Counted from the stretch's first letter, positions 18,594 to 29,046 are shown. The stretch: 64,000 bases of DNA from an uncultured Puniceicoccaceae bacterium (GCA_963933835.1 CAWVVV010000006.1:1-64000), one strand, 5' to 3'. The notes: generated by a model not told the origin, from the letters alone. Numbers and translations: made by a program.

Positions 18594-20891
18594 TTAAGCC
18601 TTCGAAGGGCTCACGCTGATGATGATCGATTTCGAAGTCGGCGTGTGACTTTCTTTAGCTGTGCTTTCGATCGGGACGAGAACATTGGTCTCCGGGAAGT
18701 AGGCTGCGGCGCAGCCGCGCGGAAGGTCATAGGGGATTGCTAAGAAAAGGTGCGCCTGGCGTTCTTTCCCGTCGAAGTGACTCGTGATGTCGACGGGCTG
18801 TTCAGTGGTAATGCCGCGCTCAGCCATGTCATCTGTATTCAGAAAGAGGACACGTCGCTCGTTTTTGATTCCGCGATAGCGATCGTCTAGACCATAGATC
18901 GTTGTATTGAATTGATCATGGCTTCGAATCGTCATGAGGAGGAGCTTCCCTTCTGGGATGTCTATCGGTGCTAGCGCATGGGAGTGAAAGAGGGCTTGTC
19001 CGCCAAGCTTTGAAAAGTCGAGTTCGCGCGCGGCATTGTAGAGCGTGAAACCTCCGTCTACTTGAACGCGCTGGTTGTAGTTTTCGCATCCAGGGATGAC
19101 CCGAGCAATGCGTTCACGGATCGCATCGTAGTTGTCGCAAAACGATTCCCATGGGATGTCGTCGCCGACAGTGGATGCAGCGAGGCCGCAGATGATACTG
19201 ACTTCGCTCCTCAGGTCCGGTGATGCTGGCGTGAGCTTTCCTTTTGATCGATGCACGATGCCCATTGAGTTCTCCATCGTCACAGATTGAGGGCCACCTG
19301 CTTGTTCGTCGTGTTCTGAGCGTCCAAGGCAGGGGAGGATGAGCGCCGTCTCACCGGTGATGAGGTGGGAGCGATTCAGCTTTGTTGAAACCTGTGCAGT
19401 CAGGCGGCAGTTCTTTAGGGCCTGCGCGGTGTAATGAGTGTCCGGTGTCGCGGATAGAAAATTGCCGCCAAGGGCAAAGAAGACTTTCCCTGTCTCATTG
19501 GCCATCGCTCTGATCGCAGCGACGGTATCCACTCCATGGTGACGAGGGGCTTCAAAATTGAACTCCTTTCCTAATGCATCGAGGAAGCTGTCCGGCATCT
19601 TCTCCCAGATACCCATCGTGCGGTCGCCTTGGACGTTGCTGTGTCCGCGTACTGGGCAAACACCGGCGCCGGGCTTGCCGAGATTTCCTTGGGCGAGGAG
19701 TAGGTTGACCACCTCCTGAATCGTCGCGACGGCATTGGCGTGCTGAGTCAGTCCCATCGCCCAGCAGAAAATTGTTTTCTTCGATTTCGCGAGGACTTTG
19801 GCCGCGTCTTCGATCTCTTCTCGCGAGAGGCCGCTTTGATTTTCTACGGCATCCCAAGAGACCTTTTCAATCGTATCGTGCCAGGCATCAAAGCCTGCGG
19901 TGTGATGAGCGATAAAGTCTTTGTCGAGGACTGTGCCAGGAGCTGACGCATCGAACGCGAGCAGAGCCTTAGCTAGACCTTGCAGAAACGCTTGGTCTCC
20001 GTTGATTCGAATCTGGAGATATTGAGTCGCCAGTGAGACAGGTTTTCCGAGGATGCCGCTGATCTCCTGCGGATGGGCAAAACCGATAAGGCCGGCCTCC
20101 TTCAGAGGATTGACCGCCACGATCTGGCAACCGTTCTGCGCTGCAGATTGCAGTGCGCTCAGCATGCGCGGGTGGTTTGTCCCCGGGTTTTGTCCTAGAA
20201 TGAAAATCGCTTCGGCCTGATCGAAGTCTTCGAGTTGGACCGTCCCCTTGCCGACGCCAATGGAGGCATTGAGCGCAGCGCCACTAGACTCGTGACACAT
20301 GTTAGAACAGTCGGGGAGATTGTTCGTCCCGAAGGCACGGACGAAGAGTTGGTAGATGAAGGCTGCTTCATTGCTTGCCCGACCTGAGGTATAGAACATC
20401 GCGTCGTCGGGCGTGGGGAGATCTTTGAGCTCGCTGGCGATAAGTGCGAAGGCGTCGTCCCAGCTAATTGGCGTGTAGTGAGTTGCTCCTACAGTGCGGA
20501 CCATGGGCTCGGTGAGTCGCCCTTGCGCTTCGAGCCAGTGATCGGTTTGGCTGAGGAGGTCGTCGACAGAATGTTTAGCAAAAAAATCGGCTGTAACGCG
20601 TTTCTTTGTCGTTTCCCATGCGACTGCTTTGGCACCGTTTTCACAGTATTCGAAGGTGCTGCGCTTTTTCGGATCGGGCCATGCGCAGCTCGGGCAATCG
20701 AAACCGCCCTTTTGGTTCAGGTTAAGGAGGGTGTGATTACCTTTGATAAACCCTGCCTCCTCGGCCACGAGTCGCATCGCGGCAGTGACGCCTGGTAGAC
20801 CCGCAGCCCAAGTCTTTGGCTTGCTACGTTTGAGGTCGGCGAGTTCTTCTGGGTTTTCGCCGAGCTCGCTAGATGTGTTGGGTTTACTCAT
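18594..20891 (-). CDS. FdhF/YdeP family molybdopterin oxidoreductase
   Basis: GFDCPSCAWPD, EYCENGAKAVA, YTSGRASNEA, NNLPDCSNMCHE and RGHSNVQG motifs. Start set at ATG 20891. Confidence 0.92.
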   Translation of the reverse strand: MSKPNTSSELGENPEELADLKRSKPKTWAAGLPGVTAAMRLVAEEAGFIKGNHTLLNLNQKGGFDCPSCAWPDPKKRSTFEYCENGAKAVAWETTKKRVTADFFAKHSVDDLLSQTDHWLEAQGRLTEPMVRTVGATHYTPISWDDAFALIASELKDLPTPDDAMFYTSGRASNEAAFIYQLFVRAFGTNNLPDCSNMCHESSGAALNASIGVGKGTVQLEDFDQAEAIFILGQNPGTNHPRMLSALQSAAQNGCQIVAVNPLKEAGLIGFAHPQEISGILGKPVSLATQYLQIRINGDQAFLQGLAKALLAFDASAPGTVLDKDFIAHHTAGFDAWHDTIEKVSWDAVENQSGLSREEIEDAAKVLAKSKKTIFCWAMGLTQHANAVATIQEVVNLLLAQGNLGKPGAGVCPVRGHSNVQGDRTMGIWEKMPDSFLDALGKEFNFEAPRHHGVDTVAAIRAMANETGKVFFALGGNFLSATPDTHYTAQALKNCRLTAQVSTKLNRSHLITGETALILPCLGRSEHDEQAGGPQSVTMENSMGIVHRSKGKLTPASPDLRSEVSIICGLAASTVGDDIPWESFCDNYDAIRERIARVIPGCENYNQRVQVDGGFTLYNAARELDFSKLGGQALFHSHALAPIDIPEGKLLLMTIRSHDQFNTTIYGLDDRYRGIKNERRVLFLNTDDMAERGITTEQPVDITSHFDGKERQAHLFLAIPYDLPRGCAAAYFPETNVLVPIESTAKESHTPTSKSIIISVSPSKA

Positions 20892-21732
20892 TTGAGCTGA
20901 GGATGCGCTGGGGATGGGTGTAGATGTTGAAACGATTTTCCCGCAGAAAGCCGATGAGCGTCTGCCCAAAGTGTTGCGCGAGTTCGACCGCGAGGGAAGA
21001 GGGTGCTCCCAGCGCAGCAATGATCGGGACTTGGGCCACGGCCGCCTTTTGGATCAGCTCGTAGCTGACGCGGCCGCTGAGAAGTAGAATAGAATTGCTC
21101 AAGGGCAGGGCGCCGTTTTTGGCCGCGTTCCCGATCAGTTTATCGAGCGCATTGTGACGACCAATGTCTTCGAAAAGCGAATCAAGTGTCCCATCACAGT
21201 CGAAGAGAGCTGCTGCATGTAATCCGCCTGTGTCTTTGAAATTTCCCTGATGAAGCCGGAGGGTGTTTGGGAGTTGGAGAAGAGTGGCAGAGGCAATTGT
21301 CGGGGCGAGTGGATCGAGGGTGGGGCTCTCAGGAAGCTCGATTTGCGCCAGGTCTGCTTTTCCGCATACGCCACAGCTGGAAGATGCATAGAGCCCGCGT
21401 TGGCGATGCTCTAATGAGCGAAGGGGTGGGTGACTCAGGTGGAGCGTGATGCGGCTGCTGTCGTCTTGCGCACTGTTGATCCTTTCGACCGCATCGACAT
21501 TTTCAATCAGGCCTTCGGCGATGAGCAGGCCCAGCGCGAGCTCCTGATCGGCTCCTGGGGTTCGCATTGTGACAGCGAGAGGTTCTTCGATCAGCAGGTC
21601 CGTTTTCGGATGTCGATGGGACACCTTGATTTCGAGCGGAGCTTCTTCGGCGAGGGTATCCCAGTGTTCCGACGCGTGACCGTCGATATGGCGCATGAGG
21701 CGGGTCGATTTGGTGCCTTCAACAGGGTGCAT
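20884..21732 (-). CDS. fdhD: Formate dehydrogenase accessory sulfurtransferase FdhD
   Basis: MRTPG, SSCGVCG, TGGLHAAALF and EDIGRHNALDKLIG motifs. Confidence 0.93.
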   Translation of the reverse strand: MHPVEGTKSTRLMRHIDGHASEHWDTLAEEAPLEIKVSHRHPKTDLLIEEPLAVTMRTPGADQELALGLLIAEGLIENVDAVERINSAQDDSSRITLHLSHPPLRSLEHRQRGLYASSSCGVCGKADLAQIELPESPTLDPLAPTIASATLLQLPNTLRLHQGNFKDTGGLHAAALFDCDGTLDSLFEDIGRHNALDKLIGNAAKNGALPLSNSILLLSGRVSYELIQKAAVAQVPIIAALGAPSSLAVELAQHFGQTLIGFLRENRFNIYTHPQRILSSNE

Positions 21733-22010
21733 GGTTCACAGCAATGCGGTTCGGCCTCCGCGTAAACTCGGAAGTTCAGCTCACAGGTAGGGAATTCCAC
21801 TCCGATCGATCGGCTTTGCACTTGCCGATGTGACATCGGGCGTTTCTTATATTAGGTTCTGTTTATGGCGGAGACCGCTCTCATGGCGGCTTTGACCTTT
21901 CTGAGCAGAGAATCGATTAATCTAAATTTTTACGGGACTTGATCTATGAGACAGGTACTTGAAGGAAATACACAGGCGCCACAGAGCGCATCGAGTGAGG
22001 AGGCTTCTAC

Positions 22011-22805
22011 GTGAAGAGCCTTCTCGAATTCGCCCGATTTAAACAAGAGCGTCAGCCCATTTCGATGGTGACCTCTTACGACGCGTGGAGCGCTCAACTG
22101 ATCGCTCAAACCGCAATCGATGTCGTCCTAGTGGGCGATTCAGCTGCGATGGTGATGGGTGGGCACGCTTCAACCGTCCACGCCGATATCGAAACAATGG
22201 CGGCGCATACGGGAGCGGTAGCCCGTGGTCTGAATGGCCAAATCTTTCTTGTCTCCGACCTCCCTTTCCCGACCCATCGCATGGGTCTTAACGAAGCCCT
22301 CAAAAGTGCCGACCAGCTCCTCAAAGTGGGGGCTCAAGCGGTAAAACTCGAAGGTGTCCGTGGTCACGAGGATACCGTTCGTGGTCTTGTCGAAAGCGGT
22401 GTGCCCGTGATGGGGCATCTCGGTTTGACGCCTCAGAGCGTAAACCAGCTCGGTGGATACCGTGTTCAAGCCCGCGATGCCGAGGCTGCTGATCAGCTGC
22501 TGGAAGATGCTCGCAGCTTAGAGCGATTGGGCGCTTTTGCCGTCGTTCTCGAGTGTATCCCGACCGAGCTTGCTGCAGCCGTTACGGAAGCGCTTGAAAT
22601 CCCTACGATTGGTATCGGAAGTGGTGTCCATTGTGACGGACAAGTGCTCGTTTTACAGGACCTGCTCGGCCTCAACGAAGGGTTTAAACCGAAGTTTCTA
22701 CGCACCTATTTAGATGGAGCAGGCTTGGTCAAAGACGCCCTTGCTCGTTTCGACAGCGATGTGAAGACGCAGGCGTTCCCGGCAAAAAAGGAAAGCTTCT
22801 CCTGA
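22011..22805 (+). CDS. panB: 3-methyl-2-oxobutanoate hydroxymethyltransferase
   Basis: LVGDS, AVKLEG, GHLGLTPQS and PTIGIGSG motifs; SD GAGGAGG upstream of a GTG start. Confidence 0.95.
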   Translation: MKSLLEFARFKQERQPISMVTSYDAWSAQLIAQTAIDVVLVGDSAAMVMGGHASTVHADIETMAAHTGAVARGLNGQIFLVSDLPFPTHRMGLNEALKSADQLLKVGAQAVKLEGVRGHEDTVRGLVESGVPVMGHLGLTPQSVNQLGGYRVQARDAEAADQLLEDARSLERLGAFAVVLECIPTELAAAVTEALEIPTIGIGSGVHCDGQVLVLQDLLGLNEGFKPKFLRTYLDGAGLVKDALARFDSDVKTQAFPAKKESFS

Positions 22806-23596
22806 TGCACCGCTGGGAAACAGTCGAAGCCTGCCAAAGCTGGCGGGCGCGTATAGCGTCGACGAATGAGTCGGTTGGCTTTGTCGCGACGATGGGCGCT
22901 CTCCATCCTGGCCATGCTGCGCTCATTGAGGCCGCGAAGGCCGAGAGTGACCGTGTCGTTGTCAGTATCTTTGTAAATCCCACCCAGTTCAACGATGCCT
23001 CGGATTTTGAAAAGTATCCGAACACCTTGGCGGAAGACCTCGAGCTCTGTCGTGAACTTGGCGTTGACGGGGTCTTAAGGCCTCATCGCGCTGCACTCTA
23101 TGCGGATGAATACCGCTTCCGTGTGACTGAAGATCAGGTCTCGACCGCGTATGAAGGCGAGCATCGGCCCGGGCATTTCGATGGGGTGCTTACGGTCGTT
23201 CTTAAGCTGCTTCAAATTGTTGCTCCTCAACGTGCCTATTTTGGGGAGAAAGACTGGCAGCAGCTGAGCCTGATCCGCGATATGGTCGAAGCCTTTTATA
23301 TGCCGATGAAAATTGTGCCCGTGCCTACGGTGCGGGAGACAGATGGCTTGGCCCTTAGTTCGCGCAATCGTCGCCTAAGTCAGGCAGGTCGCGAACAGGC
23401 GCGTGCCTTCCCTCAGATTCTAACTCAGGCAGAGTCTCCCGAGGCTGCTGTAGCAGAGCTCGCTGCGGCGGGCTTTCAAGTCGACTACGTGGCCGAGAGC
23501 GATGGTCGCCGTCTCGGTGCGGTCTTTGTTGAAGGCGTGCGTTTGATTGATAACTGGGATCTCTCAGAGATTCGCCAACCAGCCCCTATGTTATGA
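22805..23596 (+). CDS. panC: Pantoate--beta-alanine ligase
   Basis: TMGALHPGH, SIFVNPTQF, RPGHFDGV, FGEKDWQQ and GLALSSRN motifs. Confidence 0.95.
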   Translation: MHRWETVEACQSWRARIASTNESVGFVATMGALHPGHAALIEAAKAESDRVVVSIFVNPTQFNDASDFEKYPNTLAEDLELCRELGVDGVLRPHRAALYADEYRFRVTEDQVSTAYEGEHRPGHFDGVLTVVLKLLQIVAPQRAYFGEKDWQQLSLIRDMVEAFYMPMKIVPVPTVRETDGLALSSRNRRLSQAGREQARAFPQILTQAESPEAAVAELAAAGFQVDYVAESDGRRLGAVFVEGVRLIDNWDLSEIRQPAPML

Positions 23597-24402
23597 AGAG
23601 CTCGCTACAACTTTGCATTGATATCGGAAACACCGATGTCCACGGGGCGGTTTTCTCCGGAAAAGAGATGCTCTTCGAATTTCGTAAGTCGAACCGCATA
23701 CGCCCGACGGTTGATGAATTCGGTATATTTCTCATCCAGCTCCTTCAGACCCATGGCGTCGAGAGTGGCGATATTAGAGAAGTGGCGGCGGCCAGTGTCG
23801 TTCCGGACTCAATCAATGCGGTGGCTGGAGCGTGTGAGAAATACCTCGAGCGCTCAGTCCTCGTCCTAGAAGCAGGGGTCAAAACGGGCCTAAAAATTCG
23901 CGTGCAAGAGCCCAAGGATGTTGGCGCCGATCGGATCGCGAACGCCATGGCGGCAGTCGAATGCCACCCGAACGAGAACCTTATCGTTATCGATACAGGC
24001 ACCGCGACGACGTTCTGCGCAATTTCTGCTCAGGCGGAATACCTCGGTGGATCGATCGCAGCGGGACTTGCTCTCTCGATGCGCGCCCTCGGCACGCAGA
24101 CCGCAAAACTTCCCCTCGTTGACTTAGTGCGTCCCAAGGGCGTTCTCGGAAAGACGACGATCCAGAACATCCAATCGGGTCTCTATTTTGGACATATCGG
24201 GCTCATTCGCCAAATGGTCGATGGACTCCGATCGGAGGCCTTTAGCGGGGAGCCTGTGTGCGTCATTGCGACGGGGGGCCATGCTCACCTTTTTGCCGAC
24301 GAGGGGCTCTTTGATGAGATCATACCGGCCCTCGTTCTTCGCGGACTCCAGCGCGCTCTCGCGCTCAATCGCGAAACATCCAAATCCACTTTAAGAGGTT
24401 AA
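23593..24402 (+). CDS. coaX: Type III pantothenate kinase
   Basis: [22 protein letters not shown] and ATGG motifs. Confidence 0.93.
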   Translation: MKSSLQLCIDIGNTDVHGAVFSGKEMLFEFRKSNRIRPTVDEFGIFLIQLLQTHGVESGDIREVAAASVVPDSINAVAGACEKYLERSVLVLEAGVKTGLKIRVQEPKDVGADRIANAMAAVECHPNENLIVIDTGTATTFCAISAQAEYLGGSIAAGLALSMRALGTQTAKLPLVDLVRPKGVLGKTTIQNIQSGLYFGHIGLIRQMVDGLRSEAFSGEPVCVIATGGHAHLFADEGLFDEIIPALVLRGLQRALALNRETSKSTLRG

Positions 24403-24407
24403 TTAAG

Positions 24408-24776
24408 ATGCAACGTACTCTACTGAAATCTAAAATCCACCGTGCGACCGTAACGGACGCTGATCTGAACTACGAAGGCTCGATCTCGATCGATCCCGTA
24501 CTCTGCGAGCAGGCCGACTTGAATGAGTTTGAGAAGGTGGAAATCTACAACTGTAACAATGGCAATCGCTTCTCGACCTACGTGATCCATGGCAAAAGCG
24601 GCGAGATTTGCCTGAATGGTGCGGCCGCTCGTCTCGTCCACCGCGGCGACCTCGTAATCATCGCGAATTTTGCCAATTACTCAGAGGAAGAAGCCGCTGA
24701 ACACACCCCGCGCCTGATCTTTGTCGATGAGCAGAATCGCGCTAAAGCGCACCCCGCTGGAGTAAGGCTGGTTTAA
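24408..24776 (+). CDS. panD: Aspartate 1-decarboxylase
   Basis: [18 protein letters not shown] (GS cleavage site), CLNGAAAR. Confidence 0.96.
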   Translation: MQRTLLKSKIHRATVTDADLNYEGSISIDPVLCEQADLNEFEKVEIYNCNNGNRFSTYVIHGKSGEICLNGAAARLVHRGDLVIIANFANYSEEEAAEHTPRLIFVDEQNRAKAHPAGVRLV

Positions 24777-24873
24777 TCCATGTGCAATGCTGATGAAAGG
24801 GGTTGACCTATAGCCTAACAGCTTCCTATTTTGTCCGCTTTTTCCCGAATTTCCCTCCCACTAAATTTTTTAT

Positions 24874-25074
24874 ATGCCCGTTGAAGTCAAAATCCGCAAA
24901 GGCGAGCCAATGGAGCGCGCGCTCCGCCGTCTGAAGAAGAAGCTCGATCGCGAAGGCGTCATCAGCGACGTCCGCGCAAAGCGCTACTTTGAGAAGCCAT
25001 GCGAGACGAAGCGCCGCAAGAAGAAGGTTCAAGCCTTCACTGCGATGCTCCGTGCCCGCCACGAAAACCGCTAA
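24874..25074 (+). CDS. rpsU: 30S ribosomal protein S21
   Basis: VKIRKGEPMERALRRLKKK...YFEKPCETKRRKK. Confidence 0.93.
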   Translation: MPVEVKIRKGEPMERALRRLKKKLDREGVISDVRAKRYFEKPCETKRRKKKVQAFTAMLRARHENR

Positions 25075-25117
25075 TCCGGTAGATATTTTGACGGGGCAGC
25101 GATTGCCTCTTTAAACG

Positions 25118-25153
25118 AAAGCCCTGTTTTCTCGAAAGCAGGGCTTTTTGTTT
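25118..25153 (+). terminator. Rho-independent terminator after rpsU
   Basis: AAAGCCCTGTTTT-CTCG-AAAGCAGGGCTTTTTGTTT. Confidence 0.8.
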
Positions 25154-25216
25154 GTCGGGAATGATTGCCCAATTCGGCTGATTGAAGCATCGTAATCATC
25201 CGATATACCTTTGGTT

Positions 25217-26167
25217 ATGATCTTATCTCTCTCATGCTGCTGGAACTCGCATCGCCACACAGATGGCTATGCCATGCTGAAGGAGATTGCTGATCTTGGC
25301 TTCGAGTATGTCGAGCTTTCGCATGGCGTCCGAGTCTCGCTCGTTGCGGGCATTTTGAAGGCAGTTGACGAGGGAGTGATCAAGATTTCGAGCGTACATA
25401 ATTTTTGCCCACTGCCTGTTGGGGTAAATGTCGCTGCGCCCAATGTCTACCAGCCGACCGCTTCGAGTAATCAGGAGCAGGCGATGTGGTTTCGCAACAC
25501 GCTCAAGACACTCGATTTTGGCCACCGTGTCGGTGCGAAGGCGATGGTGATCCACTCTGGTAGTATGAAGTTTCTTTTCGGATCACCGGAGAAAAAGCTA
25601 TTGGGATACCGTGCGGATAAAATCATCGGCGAAGAGGCAGATGAAGCCACATTGGCCGGTTTCGACAAGTTGAGCGCAAAGACCCTTTCCAGGCTCAAGC
25701 GCAAGGCACCGAAAGGGATAGACCGCCTTGTTAAGTCTTTCGAAAGCATCCTTGAAGCAGCGAAAGAGAAGGGCCTCAAAATTGGGGTCGAAAATCGTGA
25801 GGGTATCGAAGAGCTCCCTGTCGATACCCAGATGAAAGACCTCCTTGAGCGCCTCGGTGAGCCAGAGTGGTTCCGCTATTGGCACGACGCCGGGCATGCT
25901 CAACTAAAGCACAATTTTGGTCTTCTTGATCACGAGACGATGCTGAAAGAAAATGCGGACCGTCAGCTCGGTTTTCACCTTCACGACGTTAATCGCAAGG
26001 ATCGCGATCACACCGAGATTGGGACGGGTATCATCGATTGGCCGATGGTGAAGAAATACATCAAGCCTGAGCACTTGGTTATCCTCGAGCTCAGCCCGAA
26101 GCTCTCGCCAAAATCGATTCTGGCCTCGAAGGACTACGTTGAGAAGCACGTCCTAAACGACCTCTAG
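25217..26167 (+). CDS. Sugar phosphate isomerase/epimerase family TIM-barrel protein
   Basis: YVELSH, SVHNFCP, GVENRE, WHDAGHA and FHLHD motifs. Confidence 0.8.
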   Translation: MILSLSCCWNSHRHTDGYAMLKEIADLGFEYVELSHGVRVSLVAGILKAVDEGVIKISSVHNFCPLPVGVNVAAPNVYQPTASSNQEQAMWFRNTLKTLDFGHRVGAKAMVIHSGSMKFLFGSPEKKLLGYRADKIIGEEADEATLAGFDKLSAKTLSRLKRKAPKGIDRLVKSFESILEAAKEKGLKIGVENREGIEELPVDTQMKDLLERLGEPEWFRYWHDAGHAQLKHNFGLLDHETMLKENADRQLGFHLHDVNRKDRDHTEIGTGIIDWPMVKKYIKPEHLVILELSPKLSPKSILASKDYVEKHVLNDL

Positions 26168-27190
26168 GAGTTCGTTTATCCAGCGCTGATGGGGTCCTGA
26201 AAGTGGTATTTCAGTGAGTTTGTTGATTTGCTGCCAAGTGATCTCGCCTTCTGTTTGATCGAGCGCCGTGGCCTCGTGGTCAAACTCCCAGATATGTTCT
26301 TCGATGATCTGGTTGCTGATGCCCCGTTTCTTGCGGGCGATGAGTTGGGCTCCTTTAGGGCCTTCGGTTTCAGACCAGAGTGGTAGCTCATGCAAGTGAG
26401 CGAGTCGGCGGCTGCCAGCAGGCTGCTTTGCGAGGGCAATGGCTCCATCACGGACGGCCCAGATGCGGTGCACCGTTCGCTTGACGGTAGATTTGCGAGC
26501 AATGCATGGCACATCGCTCGCGATACCCTTTTGCAGTGCACGACAGTGGCGTTTTGCGGGGCAGAGTAGGCAGGCGGGCTTGTGCTTCGTGCAGACGAGG
26601 GCCCCGAGCTCCATCATGGCTTGATTGTGGTCGCCCGGTTTTGCTCGATTGAGAAACGTATCTGCGAGGGGTTGAACGGCTTTAGCCGCTGATTGGGCAT
26701 TCGGAAAAAGCGTCTCAAGTCCGTAAAGGCGTGAGAGCACGCGAATGACGTTCCCGTCCACCACCGCCACGTTCTCGCCAAACTGAATACTACAGATCGC
26801 CGATGCCGTGTAGGGCCCGATGCCTGGAAGCTTGATCCATTCTTTCGCCGTCGTTGGGAGTTCATCGAGAGCGGCGATGGCCTTGGCGAGTTTGTGGAGG
26901 TTGCGGGCACGGGCGTAATAGCCGAGGCCGGCCCAGTGGTTGAGAACCGTTTCTTCTGGAGCTGCGGCGAGGGTGCTGAAACTGGGGAATGACGCCATCC
27001 AGCGCTCGAAGTAGGGCAGGACGGTATCGATCTGCGTCTGTTGACACATGAATTCCGACACCACCGTGCGGTAGACGCTCGACTTGGTTCTCCACGGGAG
27101 GGGTCTTTCCGCGCTCGCATACCACGCGAGCAAGGAGCTGCGAAGCGCTTCGGTGTGTTCCTTCGTGAATACTGATTTTACGTCTGACAA
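26153..27190 (-). CDS. mutY: A/G-specific adenine DNA glycosylase
   Basis: VSEFMCQQTQ, WAGLGYYARARNL, LPGIGPYTA, VDGNV and a C-x6-C-x2-C-x5-C Fe-S motif. Confidence 0.93.
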   Translation of the reverse strand: MSDVKSVFTKEHTEALRSSLLAWYASAERPLPWRTKSSVYRTVVSEFMCQQTQIDTVLPYFERWMASFPSFSTLAAAPEETVLNHWAGLGYYARARNLHKLAKAIAALDELPTTAKEWIKLPGIGPYTASAICSIQFGENVAVVDGNVIRVLSRLYGLETLFPNAQSAAKAVQPLADTFLNRAKPGDHNQAMMELGALVCTKHKPACLLCPAKRHCRALQKGIASDVPCIARKSTVKRTVHRIWAVRDGAIALAKQPAGSRRLAHLHELPLWSETEGPKGAQLIARKKRGISNQIIEEHIWEFDHEATALDQTEGEITWQQINKLTEIPLSGPHQRWINELLEVV

Positions 27191-27220
27191 GAGGATGAAC
27201 TATCTGCCTTATTGAGCTTT

Positions 27221-28198
27221 ATGCCCAAGAAAAAAGAGGACACCGGCCCAAAAGCACTGACTATGTACACGGTCAAGCTGACTGCGGACGAGATGGATAA
27301 GATGGCTGAAATCTGTGAAGCACGTTTATACGAGTTTAGCTACGTTGATCACACCCTCTTCGCTTTTAAATCGAAAAAAGACTCGGTCAACATCGTCGGC
27401 TACAAGAGCGGTAAGCTAGTCATCCAAGGCAAAGGGACGGAGGGATTTGTCCAGAATACGGTTGAAGCTGAGGTCACGGGCTCAGCGCAGCTCGGTTATG
27501 AAGAACTTCACAACCCAGAGTGGTATGAGCCACATGCAGGGCTCGATGAAGCGGGCAAGGGCGATGTCTTTGGTCCCCTCGTTTGCTGCTGTGTCATCGC
27601 CGATGGTGATATGGTACGCCAGTGGAAAGAGAAGGGCGTGAAGGACTCGAAGTCGCTCAATGATACGACGATTCTGAAGCTTGATCGCATCATTCGGACA
27701 ACGAAAGGCGTCGTCGTGCAAAAGATGTTTGCCGGCATGCCTCGCTACAACGAGCTCATGTCGAAGCCCAATGCGAACCTGAACAATCTCATGGCTTGGT
27801 ATCACAGCAAAGCGCTGCAAAAGGCCCTCAACGAACGCAGCGACATTAAGTGGGGCATGCTCGACCAATTCACTAAGACGCCGCTCACTCAGCAGGAGCT
27901 AAAGAAGGATGGAGTCGACTTCGACCTCCGCATGATGACCAAGGCGGAGTCGGACCCCGTCGTCGCGGCAGCCTCGATTTGCGCCCGGGCGGAGTTTGTT
28001 CGGCAGATCCAGAAACTGAGCGTCGAGTTCGGCGAAGAGCTGAAGAAAGGCGCGAGCGCAGCCGTTAAGGAGCAAGGCATAGAACTCGTTAAGAAACTCG
28101 GCGCACACCGCCTGAAAGACTTTGCCAAAGTGCACTTCAAAACTGCCTACGAAATCCTCGGCCTGCCCGTGCCGAAGAAGACTTATTATAAGCGGTAG
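27221..28198 (+). CDS. rnhC: Ribonuclease HIII
   Basis: N-terminal TBP-like domain (YKSGKLVIQGKG), GLDEAGKGDVFGPL, DSK, VAAASICAR and KVHFKT. Confidence 0.92.
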   Translation: MPKKKEDTGPKALTMYTVKLTADEMDKMAEICEARLYEFSYVDHTLFAFKSKKDSVNIVGYKSGKLVIQGKGTEGFVQNTVEAEVTGSAQLGYEELHNPEWYEPHAGLDEAGKGDVFGPLVCCCVIADGDMVRQWKEKGVKDSKSLNDTTILKLDRIIRTTKGVVVQKMFAGMPRYNELMSKPNANLNNLMAWYHSKALQKALNERSDIKWGMLDQFTKTPLTQQELKKDGVDFDLRMMTKAESDPVVAAASICARAEFVRQIQKLSVEFGEELKKGASAAVKEQGIELVKKLGAHRLKDFAKVHFKTAYEILGLPVPKKTYYKR

Positions 28199-28233
28199 GG
28201 GTTTCGCAGTTTCTAGACTATTGTATCCAAATA

Positions 28234-28935
28234 ATGGAACAACTTCGCCGATTTGATCTAGTAAAATTGAAGTCGGCTGACTGGATCTGCGGGGTTGATG
28301 AGGCGGGCCGTGGGGCGCTTGCAGGCCCTGTGGTTGCTGGCGCGGTGTTTGCTCAGAGCGCATTTTTTAAGGAGCGAGGATTCGCCAAGCGCTGGGCAGC
28401 AGTGAACGATTCCAAGCAGCTTAAGCCAGCTAAGCGTCAGGAGATTTTTGCGGCGATCCGAGAGGCAGGGGAGCGTGGCCTTCTGTTTTGGGCAAGTGGC
28501 CTCGCCGATGTTGTTGAAATTGCTGAGCTAAATATTTTGGGCGCAACGCGGCAGGCGATGCAGCAAGCGATTGAAAGCGCTTGCCCGGGTGAGCTGGTTT
28601 TGCCGAATGCGGAGAAGGTTGAGGATCTCTTCAATCCGCGCCCTTCGGTTGAGGTCTCCATTTTGGTCGATGGTCGTCCCCTGAAACCCTTTCCCTTTAC
28701 TCATCAAGGCCTTGTCAAAGGCGACAGCCGTAGTCTGCTCATTGCCCTCGCTTCGATTGTTGCGAAGGAGACACGGGACGCGCTCATGGTCGAATTGGCG
28801 ACGCAGCATGCCGCCTATGGCTTTGATGTTCATAAAGGCTACGGCACTGCCATGCATCGGTCGGCGATTCTTGAGCAGGGTGCCTGCTGTGAGCACCGAG
28901 GTCTTTTTCTGCGAAAGCTAACTAAGACTGCGTAG
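28234..28935 (+). CDS. rnhB: Ribonuclease HII
   Basis: GVDEAGRGALAGPV, NDSKQL, LVDG, KGD and HKGYGT motifs. Confidence 0.93.
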   Translation: MEQLRRFDLVKLKSADWICGVDEAGRGALAGPVVAGAVFAQSAFFKERGFAKRWAAVNDSKQLKPAKRQEIFAAIREAGERGLLFWASGLADVVEIAELNILGATRQAMQQAIESACPGELVLPNAEKVEDLFNPRPSVEVSILVDGRPLKPFPFTHQGLVKGDSRSLLIALASIVAKETRDALMVELATQHAAYGFDVHKGYGTAMHRSAILEQGACCEHRGLFLRKLTKTA

Positions 28936-28960
28936 TCACGAAAGTGACTGGAGATTTCTT

Positions 28961-29046
28961 ATTTGGAGGGATCGGCTCCTGTCGGTCCGCCCAGAGGAAG
29001 AGCTCGCATGAGTGCCTCGGACCGACGGGAGCCGGTCCCTCCAAAT
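28961..29046. repeat. REP-like inverted pair (GGAG family), copy 2
   Basis: ATTTGGAGGGATCGGCTCCTGTCGGTCCG...CGGACCGACGGGAGCCGGTCCCTCCAAAT; long inverted repeat whose right arm matches copy 1. Confidence 0.8.
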
